NCBI GenBank assembly: GCA_019828565.1
Contig: JAHDYR010000038.1
Location: forward strand, 1,252,552-1,316,551
Origin: Carpediemonas membranifera BICM
Taxonomy: Eukaryota > Protista > Fornicata
Length of the DNA: 64,000 nucleotides
Direction of reading: 5' to 3'
Shown here: piece by piece, positions 46,615-58,813 of the stretch
How the letters are laid out: every line of letters begins with the position of its first letter
How positions within the stretch are numbered: the first letter of the stretch is position 1
The notes under the pieces: model-generated
What the model was told of the DNA's origin: nothing
The model's input: the letters and a program-made list of their open reading frames with translations, nothing else
Database searches by the model: none
Position numbers and translations under genes: made by a program

Positions 46615-49130
46615 TCACCTGACCACGCCCATCGCAGAGTACCGTTTGTCCGGTCCAAACGCAGCCCCATCCTCAGGGTACAGCTCCTGCTCCTTCTCCA
46701 TCAGCTGTACTATTCCAAGCAGCGCCCGTGTCCGCTTCTCACCAGACGCCGCGCTGAGCACGTTGGCCTGGTCGTTCGGGGCCTCGGCGTCCACATGGAG
46801 CAGGTGGGAAATGATCTCGTCAACGGTGGCATACTGGCGACCGCCGGTCTCGTCCATGAACCGGGTCGTGAGGAACTCGTTGACGAGGCCGCGGTACCGC
46901 TCAAACGTCGCGCCGTCCAGGCTCATCGTCTCCTGTCTCGCGCGTCTGTTCGCCTGGCGTGGTGCTCTCGACCTCTCCAGGCCAAACCCAAACTCGCCGT
47001 CCTCGAGAGCAGCCGCGCCTTCGCCACCGGCGTCGCTGTCGGGCTCGACATCCCATAGTTCCTCGAGGTCGACGAGGGGCACCTGGAACGTCGTCTGGTC
47101 GTTAACGTGGATGATCGTCTGCTCGAGAAGCTCGTAGGCCTCCTCTACATGCTCTACAGTCACCGTATCGGACCCGTAAAGCTTGGCGCACGCCTGGCTG
47201 AGTCGGAAGAGGGCCTCGAGCTGGCGGGGCGTGACGTCGAGACGCATCGACGTGTTCTCCAGCTGCCGCCGACGAAGGCCGATGTACCTCTCACCGATGC
47301 GGTTGCTGGCCTCCTCCGATATCCGGACGCTGACCGTCCGAGCCCACGTGATATAGTCGCGGATCTCATCGAGGGTGTAGCTCGGGCCTGCTGCGAACTC
47401 AGCGTCGTCTGTGTGGTCGGCACCAGGCATGTGGTTGTTCAGAATGTGGTCGGAGATGCGTCTATCGTTGTCGGGGTTGCACTCATCTCTCACCACGAAG
47501 AAGAGGTCGAAGCGGGAGATCAAGGCTGGCGCGATACGTACGTTCTGTCTTAGCGTACGGGCTGGGTCGTAGAGGCCCTGGACGGGGTTCATCGCTGCCA
47601 GCACCGAGGCCCTTGAGTTGTACGTAACGTTGAGCCCGGCCTTACTGATGGAGATGGTCTGCTGCTCCATGGCCTCGTGCAGGGCTGACTGGTCGATCTC
47701 GTCCATCTTCTCCATCTCATCTATGCAGCACACGCCGTTGTCGGCAAGCATCATGGCGCCCGGGACGATGGCGAACTCGTGCGTCTGCGGGTCTTGCAGG
47801 ACGGACGCAGTGATGCCCGCGCCAGACGCGGACTTGCCCGAGGTGAACACAGCTCTTGGGTGGAAGTCCTTGACGAATGTGAGGAACTGGCTCTTTCCAG
47901 TCGACGGGTCGCCGACGATGCAGATGTTGATGTCGCCTCGGATCCTCATATCGTCCTCGCGGGTTACACCGCCGAGAAGCATGAGGATGATGGCCTTCTT
48001 GATCATCGTGTGGCCGTAAATCGCCGGGGCGAAGGACCGTACGAAGTCTGCGGTGTGCGTGGGGACGAACTGGTCAGAGTTCGGGTCCCTCATCGCCTCG
48101 AAGCGGTCTCTGCGAGGCATGTCCTTCGCGAGGGCGTCCTGGAGGGCGTCGAGGTCACTGGAGGAGGCAGTGAGCACCGTCTTCGCGTCGGGCCCCATCT
48201 CGATGTTGTTCACGAGGAAGACGTACTTGAAGGTCAGTTCTGTGGTTGCGGAGACGCCCTTGACGCCACTGATACCCTCGCCCGAGCCGCGGTCGACTCC
48301 TCTTGCGATAGAGAGGACGCCATGTTCGCCGGGCAGCTTCATTACACTAAGATCAGGGACGACAATGACCGTGCCGATGAACTGGCACGTCTGACCTGGA
48401 CGGAGGAGGCCGACAAGGTCGCCCTGCATGATGGCCTCGATGGTGGCGGGCGTCGTGCCGGGGTCGACGACAGTCGAGGGTTCCTGGAGGAGCACGCGCT
48501 GGAAGTCGACCCTTGTTGAGGCAGTCGCGTCGAGCACGAAGCCGCTCTTGGCACGGCATGCGCTATTTGTGCATATAGTGGGCAGCTTGTACTGGAACTC
48601 CTGGGCAACGTCCGGGATAGTATTGCCACACTGCTTGCACACAAAGGTGGCCGTCTTCAACAAAAGCTCGGGCTGGTTGAGACGCGTTACAGTGCCTTGG
48701 ACCGTCCTGAGCTTGTTGTGACAGTCGGACCCGAGGTCGGCCACTCGGACGCGGGGTACCTCGATCGGGAGGTTGGTAAAGCGGACCGCAAACTGGCGGG
48801 GACGGCGAGTGTTCGAGCTGAAGGCGGCATCGGCACCGTGGACATCGATGATCTTCTGCCGAAGCATATCGCCGAGGACGTCGCAGACGAAGTAGAACTC
48901 GTTCTGGACGATGAGGCTGAGATGCGCCTGTGGGTTCTCAGCTGCGTATGCCTCTACGTGATCGTAGTCGACAATAACGGCGTTTCGCTCCTTATTGGTC
49001 GCGATATCGGCAAGCTCGGCTTCTCCGATGATGTGTTCGAAGAACGGGCTCAGCACTAGTCTAAGGTCATCGAGCTGGATAAATGTGCAAGAAACGTTCA
49101 ACAAACCACCTTCTTATGTGTTCCTTCCAT
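46615..49130 (-). CDS. MCM6: Replicative helicase subunit MCM6; intron ~49075-49106
   Basis: IRGDINICIVGDPSTGKSQFL, TSGKSASGAG, IDEMEKM, SRFDL, TPRQLE and a CxxC..CxNxxC Zn finger. Exon 1 reads MEGTHKKV (an alternative donor 3 nt upstream is also in frame). Confidence 0.88.
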
Positions 49131-49291
49131 GGTTCGTTCGGCCACACTCACTCTTTTGCCTTGTCCTGCGAATTCTCCAAAATTTTGTCGACCCAGACTG
49201 CTGCAGTCAGTTGGCTGAGGCCTGCTGGGTGACCCACTCGCCGCAGGGAAGCCTCCACTTGCTTCTCCGAAATAACGGCACTTGAAAGGCG

Positions 49292-52116
49292 ATGAGTGAC
49301 GATGTTAGTAACGACGCTTTCTGCTCACATAGCCACGCCGTAGACGCTTCATTGAAGCATTTGGAGAAGAAGAATCGGATGAGGAGGTTCCTCTCGATGA
49401 GGATGAGATGGCACGCGAGCGTGCTCGCATTATGGGCGACTACGGACAGGATGAGGATGAAAGGATCGCTGGCGATAATCTTGATGAGTTCTTCGCCGCT
49501 GATTACGCCGAGAATCCCGAGCTCGACAACTACGAGTCCGAAGGTCTCGACGATGAAGTTCAGGAGCGGATCACGGCCGCGCAGGTCGCTGAGGCCACAC
49601 GTGTCATCCACGAACGTGCACGCCGCGACATAGAGCATAACAGACGGACCCCAGCAGCGCTTCTCCACATGGCCTGGCTCGACAACGACGAGGACGACAT
49701 GGAGCAGCCCGAGGGCGTCAACCGCCTCCGGCTCGTCAGCCGCGCCAACCGCGCGCTGCTGGAGCACGATCTTCCCGAGCCATCGCAGGCCGAGGAGACA
49801 ACGATCGCGACGGATCCGCTCGACGGCGGGCAGATCTCGCCCGACCACATCATCCGTCTGGCACAGTCCCTCGCTGACATCAAGGGCATGCCTATTGCAT
49901 TCTCAGAGAACCCCGAGACGCAGCAGAGCGTGTACAATCTCTTCCTGATCTTCTTGACCTTTTACCACGAGGAGAAGCGGGAGTCTGCCTTCTACCGCGA
50001 CGCTGCGCAAAGCCTCTTCAACCAGGCCGACCCATCGAGCAAGTCCCCCAGTCTGGAGGTCGACCTTTCCCACATGACGGCGATGCACGAGCTGCTTCCT
50101 GGGATTGCTGTCGTTGACGCCTGTGAGTCGATGCGCAAGCTAATCCTGACTGCGGCGCCCGCCCTCCTTCCAGTGCTCGACCAGGCGGCCACGGACTTTA
50201 TCAAGCGCAACTTCCCGCTGTATGCAAGCCTGGAGGAGCCGCGGCCGTTCAAGGTCCGCTTCACCCAGCCCGAGAACGTCAACCGCATGGGTGACCTCTG
50301 CCAAGACACCGTTAACACGCTGGTGGCCCTCGATGGTGTCATCAGTCGCAGGTCTGAGCTTGTTCCCTGCCTTGTTGAGGCCACGTTCAGGTGCCAGGCC
50401 TGTGGCGGTGACGCGGCCCCAGTCAAGGTCACTGACCGCAACAGGGTCACCCCACCCCGCGATTGCCCACACTGCTCCGCCCGCAACAAGTTCCGTCTGG
50501 AGCAGGTCGAGTCCCGCTACGAGAACTTCCGCCGCATCACCCTCACCGAGCCTCCAACAAGCGTCGAACCCGGCCGCATGCCGCTCAGCGTGGATGTGGT
50601 CTTGACAGACGATCTAGTAGACCTCGGCCGGCCCGGCGAGCTCATCACTGTCATCGGCGTCTTCACGGACAGCATCGACCCAGCCATTGCCCGCATGACG
50701 GGCTTCCCAGTGACTCGCACCGTGATCGAGGCCAACAACGTCATTTCTCCGGAAACCGAGCCCCATATCGCCGGTCTGGATGCCGAGCTCGAGCGCCTCA
50801 AGAACGAGCCGAACATCGAGCAGCGCGTGTGCAACAGTATCGCGCACACCATCCACGGCCACGAGGACGCCAAGACCGCCATCGCATGCGCCCTGTTCAG
50901 CGGCGGAAACGTCGAGGGCTCGAGCGCCACGAAGAGGGGCGACTCGCATGTGCTCCTCATCGGCGACCCGGGCCTGGCCAAGTCGCAGATGCTGATGTTC
51001 ACTAAGAAGGTCGCGCCACGCCCTATCTACACCACCGGCAAGGGCGCTAGCGCAGTTGGTCTGACCGCTGCTGTGCGGCGAGACCCGATTAGCGGTGAAA
51101 TGACGCTGCAGGCGGGCGCCCTCGTACTCTCTGACCGCGGTGTTTGCATCATCGACGAGTTCGACAAGATGTCCGAGCAGGATCGGTCTGCCCTTCATGA
51201 GGGCATGGAGCAGCAGCGCATCTCCATCAACAAGGCCGGCATCAACGCCGAGCTCAACGCGAGGTCGACCGTTGTTGCTGCTGGAAACCCACGCTTCGGC
51301 AAGTACGATGTTAACCTGCCTTTGGCCGCGAATGTTGAGCTGTCGGATCCGATCTTGTCTAGATTCGATCTCATCATCGTTATGCGTGATACAATCGACC
51401 CTGACGAGGATGCGCGGCTCGTCCGCTTCGTCGCCAACAGAATTGCCAAGGCCGGCGTAGTTGGCGCGGCGCTGCCCGTCGACGAGGAGGAGGAAGATGC
51501 CGAGGCCGAGGACAACGACTTCATCCCAGCAGACCTACTCCGGGAGTATATCGCGAGGGCCCGCACGATCGATCCCAAGATCGCGAGCAACGAGGACCTT
51601 CACAGATTCGAGGCCAAGTACTCTGAGATTCGCTCGAAGCTCGGCGGGACCCAGAACAGCCGCAACCTCAACGCCCGCCACATGGAGGCCGTCATCCGCA
51701 TTGCCAAGGCCCACGCCCGCATGCGCCTCTCCGCTGTTGTCAACCGCGACGACTCCGATTTCGCCTGGCGAGTCTTCCTCAACAGCTACATCAGCCAGCA
51801 GCGTCTCAGCGACCAGCGTGGGTTGCGGGATAGGCTGAAGGAGTACATCGTTGACGAGCGCAACGTCGAGATGGAGGTCTGGCGCGAGATCCGCGCCTGC
51901 ACCCAGCAGCTCTACGCCGTGCAGCTGAGGCAAGGCAAGACGGATTTCACCGTTCGCATCAGCCTCGAGACGCTGCGGAGGCATAACCCGCCGCTCGTTA
52001 CGAACCGCGAGCAGGCGGTGACCAAGGTGCTGAAGACGGGGAACCTTCACGGTACCGGGTACGTGCGAGAGTACGTCGACAAGAGTGCCGTCCTCGTCCG
52101 TCGCTTCGTTGTGTAG
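49292..52116 (+). CDS. MCM2: Replicative helicase subunit MCM2; intron 49304-49332
   Basis: Acidic N-terminal histone-binding region (DY..NPELDNYESEGLDD), GDPGLAKSQ, TTGKGASAVGLTA, IDEFDKM, SRFD. A 29-nt intron restores the frame from ATG 49292. Confidence 0.92.
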
Positions 52117-52167
52117 GGTACATGACATACGCCCGTAAATGTTGCGTCAATTACCATTTACATTTAC

Positions 52168-54414
52168 TTAACCAAACGTAAAGACGTCCTCGGCGAACAG
52201 ATCGTCTGAGGCAACCTTCTTGCCCGCCGACCGCGACCTTGACTGGGACCGACTCTTGCTCTTCCCTGCCTTCACCGCCACCCTCGCCTGTCTGGCAGGC
52301 TGGGCCTTAGCAGCGGCGGCCTTAGCAGCGGCAGCCTTAGGCACGCGCGCGTCATCGCGGTGGATCTTAAATCTCTGAGCGGCCTCGATCTTTGGGGGCG
52401 ACCCAGACTCTGGGCTGAGCAGGCTGACCCCGAAGTCGTGATCGCGTCGGCCCGGCAGCGGGTCCGATCTAGCCCTCTTGGTGGGCGGTTTGGAGGCGGC
52501 CTTGCGCTTGGGCCTTGGCCTGTGGGTCGGCGTGGGTTGTTGTGAGTACAGCGGCTCGACGAGCTCGTTGAGGCCGAGGGAATCGTCGTCGTACTCGTAG
52601 CCGGGTGCATGGAGGTCATTTCGCTCGAGCTGCATGCCAAGACTCTGGCTCGAGTTCGGGACCCGGCCCTGGCTGCTGTGGCGGACGACGAGCTCCGCCG
52701 TGGGCACCGCGGACGGGTCAGTCTGCACAGCCGCAGACTCTGACTCCTGCTCGGCAGTCTGGGCAGAGGTCGAGTGGGTCGGCGTGTCGACCGAGGTCGT
52801 CTGACTCACCCGACTGTGCACTTTAGGGATGTCCGTCTGGGTCGAGGCGGGGCCCGTGGGAGGCGGTCGGGCTGCCTCGAGCTGGGTGGTGAGCGCGCTG
52901 TTTGCCTCCCGGATGGAGGAGAGCTCGGCCTCGAGGACTGAGCAGCGGGTCTCGAACCTGGCGCTGGACTCGCGGATGGATTGGCCGGTGGCGTCGAGGG
53001 CTTGGGTCCGCTGGGTCAGGGTGCTCACGGCCGTGTTGGCGTGGGTCAGCTCGGTCTGCAGGCCGTCTGCCTTGGCTACTGCCGCGATGAGCTCGCCCTC
53101 GAGCGCATGGAGCTTCGTGGAGAGGGTGTTGGCCTGACACGACGCGTTGGTCGCCTTCTCCCGCTCCTCGTTGACCAGGGCGGTTGTAGCCTCAAGTCGC
53201 CGCTCGTATGTCCGCTTCATCTCTTCCGCACTGACTTCTGAGTCCCGCTTATGGGTCTCGAAGTCGGCCTGGGTGGCAGCAAGGGCTGACTCAGACTCGG
53301 TCGCTTGTTTGGTCATGGCTTCGAGCTCGGCCTCAAGGTCACTCACCCGGGAAGATAGCTCGGCCTTAACCTGCTCGAGGGTCCGCGTAAGGGAGCTGAC
53401 CTCCTTCTTCCGGCACTCCTGCTCGTGACTCAGAGCAGAGTCGGTGTCGTTGAGTCGACCCCGAGTCAAACCAAGTTCAGTCCGGACTGAGTCAAGATCT
53501 GAAGATATGGCTGAGATTTGCTCGATCTTCTCGCTAATCTGTGTGTGGGCAGTAGCGAGCTGGGATGACGTCTGCTCGAGCTGGGCGGTGGTGGACTCGA
53601 GCTTGGCGGTCGACTCGGCATGCGCGGCCTTCTCCTCGTCCAGGAGCTTGTTGAGCTCCATGCCGCGGTTTTCAGCCTCAGCGGTTGCCTCGCGTTGGTT
53701 CTCGAGCAAGCCTTCGGTGGTGGCTATGGTCTTGGCGAGCTCGGCGTGGTCGGCGGCCGCCTGTGCTTTGGCCTCATCGAGTGTGCGGCAGAGCTCAGAG
53801 ATCTGGGCGTCACGCTCGGTGATCTCTTCGCGGGCTGCGGCTGCCTCGGCTGTGAGCCTGTCGTTCTCGTGGGTCAGCCGCTCAAACCCGGCCTCGAGCA
53901 CGTCGAGCTGGTCGTCCATGGCCGCACGGCGCTCAGTAACAGCGAACATGACTTGCTCGTTGGAGGCGATGCGATCTTCCATCTCTTTGATGGTGGTCTT
54001 GGCGCAGTCGATGATTGCACGCGATGAGATGAGTTCGAACTCAAACTTCTCAAGCTGTTGGTTGCGAGAGGCAAGGGTGGTGGACAGCTGAGCCTTCTGT
54101 GTCTGGAGCGTCGTCACTGTGCCTTCGAGACGCCGGATCGTGGCAACAGCCGACTTGAGCTTCGTAGACTTGGTAAGGAAAGGAAAAGGAGGAACAAACC
54201 GAAAGCTCTGTATCTGTTTTGGCTCTCTCTTGGTCCTGGAGGAGAACTTCTACGTAAATAGTGGCGGGTAAGACGAACCAGCAGTTCTTTTCAGGTGATC
54301 ATAGCGACGCTCACTCTCCGTATCGTAAGACTTTGCCAATGGCTTAGTCTGAGTTCTTATTTGCCCGAGCGTTCGCGTCTGATTGCCAAACAGACGAGTT
54401 GAGCTCGTTAGCAT
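52168..54414 (-). CDS. 728-aa long coiled-coil protein, ZYP1/SYCP1-like; introns 54250-54278 and 54169-54199
   Basis: Exons of 136, 50 and 2001 nt give one open frame. Short head, ~450-aa coiled coil, then an S/T/P-rich basic tail ending DDLFAEDVFTFG. Confidence 0.6.
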
Positions 54415-54578
54415 CACTTTCTTTCGAGAGTCTTATCCGGCATAGACAAAACTGCGGAAAACGACTCCGCCAACAACACACGTAGTCGGAAGCCTAGCAG
54501 CAACGTGTGCCGCGTGGCCTGGCTAAATGGATATTTAGAATTACAACTTCGAATCTGAGGCTGGCGGAGTAGTGCTCC

Positions 54579-55355
54579 TCACCGCAACCTGGCGTGTGTT
54601 GGGGAAATATATGTGTTATCATCCCGCCCCCTATTGATCACAGGACGGTAGAGGTCCTCCATGTACATCTTGAAGTCAACCGCGCTGTTGGCACCCAACA
54701 TCACCACAACCCGGGGCAGGTTGTGTTTCCCTGTCTTCACGAGAAGTCTCAGCGGCCTATCGACCATATACGATGACCACTTGACCTTGTCTGAAACAGG
54801 CGTCATCTTCTCACAGTACATCTTCACGGGGCAATCGATCGAGCGCAAAACCTCGATAACTAGTCTGTCTACGTCGTCTGCATCTGGTGGATAGGGGTAC
54901 CATGTTTCCCTTTGCTTCGCAATGTCCTCCTCCGAGAGGGGCGCGACCATCTCTGACAAATGGTCGACGGCCATTTCAAACTGCCGCGTTGGCCTACCAA
55001 ACGGAGACAGGATGGTGTCTAGATCGTCTATAGCCGACTGGATCTCGATCATCCAGTCGTCTGACCGGCCTCGGTTGGGAGTTACGCGCTCTGGCGTCCT
55101 CACGCGAATCGGCGATGATGGTGGCTTTCTTGCCTTTAGCCTGGCGATTTCGGAGTCCCGTTCGCGAAGCTCCGTCTTTAACTGTGCCCTCGTTCGTATA
55201 CTATCGTCGTTATCACTCTCTAGCACCTTGATTCTCGCCTCGAGGTGAACAACACGGTGATATGCCTCTAACAGCTTCTTCAATCGGTCCCGTTCGATAA
55301 GCTTGATATTTCCATCGTCCCTAGCGTCCTGGAAGCTGTCCACATACCGTTCCAT
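54579..55355 (-). CDS. Coiled-coil protein with a C-terminal GAS2/GAR-like microtubule-binding domain
   Basis: YPPDADDVDRLV..CP...SY.V.R...VVVMLG...FKMYM resembles the GAR domain. Start assumed at ATG 55355. Confidence 0.5.
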   Translation of the reverse strand: MERYVDSFQDARDDGNIKLIERDRLKKLLEAYHRVVHLEARIKVLESDNDDSIRTRAQLKTELRERDSEIARLKARKPPSSPIRVRTPERVTPNRGRSDDWMIEIQSAIDDLDTILSPFGRPTRQFEMAVDHLSEMVAPLSEEDIAKQRETWYPYPPDADDVDRLVIEVLRSIDCPVKMYCEKMTPVSDKVKWSSYMVDRPLRLLVKTGKHNLPRVVVMLGANSAVDFKMYMEDLYRPVINRGRDDNTYISPTHARLR

Positions 55356-55495
55356 GGTGCGCCGCGGTGGTCTCGAAGTTTGACCCAGCCAGAACGCCAC
55401 AACCTGCGGTACGGCCAAGGGTTGCCTCGGTGAAGTGGGTCGCGCGTGTTAGTCCATCGGACTCTACCCAGTCCCCGATAAGTCCAAGGATTCCT

Positions 55496-55538
55496 GACCA
55501 ATCCTCCTCTACCCGACCAATCCTCCTCTACCCGACCA
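55496..55538. repeat. 19-bp tandem repeat (GACCAATCCTCCTCTACCC x2.3)
   Basis: Seen directly in the sequence. Confidence 0.85.
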
Positions 55539-55684
55539 GAGACGGATACTTCACCCAGCGCAGCACCCCCGCCCCATGAGTCCTCGTGCCCAAGCTCCCG
55601 CTGAGACCGAGCCCGCCGACTCGACCAAACCCACCAAGCTCAGCATACAGCCCTACGATCGCCTAAACCCCGTATTTATAAGCA

Positions 55685-56737
55685 TCACCACGCCTCATCC
55701 AGCCCATCACCGTAATCATTCATCTCATCCGGGTCGGGTGAGTCATGCCTCTCCTGGCGACCCAGTCGCACGAGCAGGTCCGTCTTAATTGCGTTGGTCT
55801 TCTCGTGCATAATGCGGATGGCCATCTGGACCATCTGGTCGGGCGTGAGGGCGCCTGTGCCCTCGATGTCGAGGATGAATTCGGTGGTCGACATGTCCAC
55901 GCTTACCAGGTTATTAAGGCGCGCATCGGGGAGGTCGGCAAGGCAGTTCATGCAGAAGATGCACGCGGCTTCGTCAGTGACCTCGATACCCTCACCGATG
56001 CTGCATGTAAAGACATCACGAGGGCACAGCTCAGCATAGGCCTCGAGCTGCTCGGGGCACTGGCGCACGACGTCCGTGAGGGTCTCCGGGTTGAGCTTGA
56101 TCACAGGGACACGCCGGAGTGCAATGTTGGAGGCTGGGATCCACTTGGCGTGGAGCTTGCCGGTCCCCTTGCGGGCATAGCAGGTCAGCTTCAAGCGCTG
56201 CTTCTTGCCGAGCTTCGTGATGACGATCGGGCCCTCAGAAACAGCGGGCTCGTGGCAATCCACACCTTCGCGCCATCTAAGGACGCGCGGGGCGACCGGG
56301 AAGGGTTTGGGATCAATGTCGGGGCTGTTGCCAGCGTCACCCGACTGGAAGTGGTCCTGCGTCACACTCAAGGGCTCCAGCGTGTTGGATTCTTGGTCTA
56401 CGGTGAATATGTAGCGGCACTTCTCACACCCTGAGGAGCAATCGCAGTCCCAGGTGAACTTGAGGCGATTCATGTTGTCGGCAAGGGCTCCGCTGGCAAG
56501 GGGAATGAGACCGAGACGAAGCGCAAGGATCTCATCGTCAATGGGAGACGTGTTTTCTTGGATAATCACGTCATCGACCGCGAGAGTGGGAACATCGGCA
56601 AGAATTGTACGCCTAATGGCTGAGGCAACAGCAAGAGAGGTGTTCTTCAGCCTGATGCTCATATAGTTATTTGGCTGGCCATTCGTGGTGTCCCCAAGCT
56701 GCTCTATTTGAAACGTGGTGGTGTTCTCGCCAGGCAT
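55685..56737 (-). CDS. RPB3: RNA polymerase II subunit RPB3
   Basis: AIRRTILADVPTLAVD, NTS..DEILALRLGLIPL, CDC..GCEKC Zn site, ARKGTGKLHAKW.P. Confidence 0.9.
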   Translation of the reverse strand: MPGENTTTFQIEQLGDTTNGQPNNYMSIRLKNTSLAVASAIRRTILADVPTLAVDDVIIQENTSPIDDEILALRLGLIPLASGALADNMNRLKFTWDCDCSSGCEKCRYIFTVDQESNTLEPLSVTQDHFQSGDAGNSPDIDPKPFPVAPRVLRWREGVDCHEPAVSEGPIVITKLGKKQRLKLTCYARKGTGKLHAKWIPASNIALRRVPVIKLNPETLTDVVRQCPEQLEAYAELCPRDVFTCSIGEGIEVTDEAACIFCMNCLADLPDARLNNLVSVDMSTTEFILDIEGTGALTPDQMVQMAIRIMHEKTNAIKTDLLVRLGRQERHDSPDPDEMNDYGDGLDEAW

Positions 56738-56899
56738 TTCGAGAGAGCGCTTGTTCGTCGGTTAAAGTGCGAAATAGATCCCTGGCAATATAGCCAGCTC
56801 TGCTCGCTCAGCCTCCGCCACATGAGATCGTTGGCCTCGCTGTACAATCCTCGCTGCCGTTTGATGAGATCATTTTGCGAGCGGCACTCGAAACGCAGG

Positions 56900-58315
56900 A
56901 TGGACCACGACGACGTCGCTACACGGACGAAGAACCGCACGCGGAAGGATAAGGCCGATCGTGCTACTGTTGATGGCGTGTTGGACAACCGTACGCGCGT
57001 ACGTATCCAGAAGCTCCTCACAGCTCATCTTTCTGAGGAGCAACGCGAAGCTGGCCTTTCTGCGAGTCTTGAAGGCTCTATCTCCCGCGGCAAGGAAGCC
57101 AATGTGTTCCTTGTTAAGCTCCCCGATGAAAAGTACGTCTGCGTCAAGGTCTACAACACCTCTATCCTCGTCTTCAAGGACCGTGAGGTCTACGTGACTG
57201 GCGAGCATCGCTTCGCCTCCAGCGGCTACACCAAGAACCCCCGCACAATGGTTGAGATGTGGTGCAACAAGGAGATGCGAAACCTTCTCCGCCTCCGCCG
57301 CGCCAACTTGCCAGTTCCCCAGGCCTTCGACGTCAAGAAGAACGTGCTCCTCATGGAACTAATCCCGGCCCACCCCATCGAAAACCCATCGACAGCGGCC
57401 CTGCGGCTCAAGGACATTACGTGGAAGTGCAGTACCGACAGTACAAAGTCACCGCTGGTCAAGGCGTGGCTCAAGACGTTCAGATTCGTGTTCCTGATGT
57501 ATAACGCAGCCGGTCTAGTGCACGGCGATCTGTCGGAGTACAACATGCTCTACGGGAAGGACGCCAAAGGTAGGGGAGAGGTCTATGTCATCGATGTATC
57601 ACAATCAGTCGAACTCGACCACAACCAAGCCTTCGACTTCCTCCGCCGTGACATTAAGAACGTCACCCGCTACTTCCAGGCCCAAGGCGTTATCACTCCC
57701 AGCAGCAGGGCCGTGTTTGAGTGCATCACCGACCCATCCCACATGGTGCAGACGTCACCGCCCTCTAACAAAGCCTCGTATGACGAGGAGACTCTGGCTA
57801 AGAAGGAGGCTGCCTGGCAGGATGCTGTGGGTGCTCTCCACGTCAAGTCGAGCAAGCTGGCCGTGAGCATGTGGCAGGAGACGAACGACGCCGTGCGGGC
57901 TGGCACGTATGCCCTGGACGAGGTCGAGGAGGCCGTATTCATGCAGCAGTTTATCCCCAGGGTGCTGGACGACATCACGGACACGGGCCGCCAGAGGAGG
58001 GCGATGCTGGCCATGTTGCGGGCTGCAGACGACGGGGAGGACAGCGAAGGTGACGATGATGAGGAAAACGACGAGGACGATGGGTCATGTGACTCGGCTG
58101 AGTCGAGTGACTCTGACGGGGCGGGGGGTCGGCACCGGGATGAGTCCGTGCCCGACGAGGAGGCGCGGTACAAGCGGAAGGACATGACCAAGGAGGAGTG
58201 GAAGGCGGCCAAGAAGGCCATCAAGGAGGAGCGGGCCGAGAAGCGGAAGGACAAGGTCGCCAAGAAGGACAAGAAGAGGGCAAAGACGCTGAGCATGCGG
58301 AACAGAGGCAAGTAG
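56900..58315 (+). CDS. RIO1: RIO1 atypical kinase
   Basis: KDKADRATVDGVLDNRT, ISRGKEANV, KVYNTSILVFKDR, HGDLSEYN, IDVSQSVE and an acidic/basic tail. Confidence 0.93.
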   Translation: MDHDDVATRTKNRTRKDKADRATVDGVLDNRTRVRIQKLLTAHLSEEQREAGLSASLEGSISRGKEANVFLVKLPDEKYVCVKVYNTSILVFKDREVYVTGEHRFASSGYTKNPRTMVEMWCNKEMRNLLRLRRANLPVPQAFDVKKNVLLMELIPAHPIENPSTAALRLKDITWKCSTDSTKSPLVKAWLKTFRFVFLMYNAAGLVHGDLSEYNMLYGKDAKGRGEVYVIDVSQSVELDHNQAFDFLRRDIKNVTRYFQAQGVITPSSRAVFECITDPSHMVQTSPPSNKASYDEETLAKKEAAWQDAVGALHVKSSKLAVSMWQETNDAVRAGTYALDEVEEAVFMQQFIPRVLDDITDTGRQRRAMLAMLRAADDGEDSEGDDDEENDEDDGSCDSAESSDSDGAGGRHRDESVPDEEARYKRKDMTKEEWKAAKKAIKEERAEKRKDKVAKKDKKRAKTLSMRNRGK

Positions 58316-58813
58316 GGCCAGGGTGCCGATGTAAAGCGCGCGGATTATCAGTGTGATGTGCTCGGGATGTGACTGCTGCATGGCTCGCGGCAGGGGTCTT
58401 TTTTGGTTTACTATTGGTCTGAGAGCGTGGCGTGATATCAGCTCGAGAGATGGTGGTGGGTTTGGCTTTTGTATCATCCGGATCACGCTCAAACTGATGG
58501 GTTCATTTTTCCAGCCACAAACTACCAGCAACCAATACAGCAGAGATATGGTCTCTTTCCCCTCTATTCTCCCGAAAAGGGGCACCATGCCCCCAGATCT
58601 TATTGCTTTCCCCGAAATTGAGATGCCGCTCCCCGTTGCGGAGCTCCTTGGCGAGAGAACCCTCCCGCGTCCCTCCACGGGCTCTACTGGCAACGGTTAA
58701 ACCCAATAGCTCCGTTAGCACTAAATGCAGAGAGAATGTTGCTTTCTCTCCTTGTGTGTCTGACATATCTTAGATTCAATGTTGTCGCCACAAATCCTGG
58801 GTAATCAGGTGCT

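Noticed and set aside
58353-58766. Small ORFs between RIO1 and the cathepsin fragment
   Set aside because: No motif or codon support.
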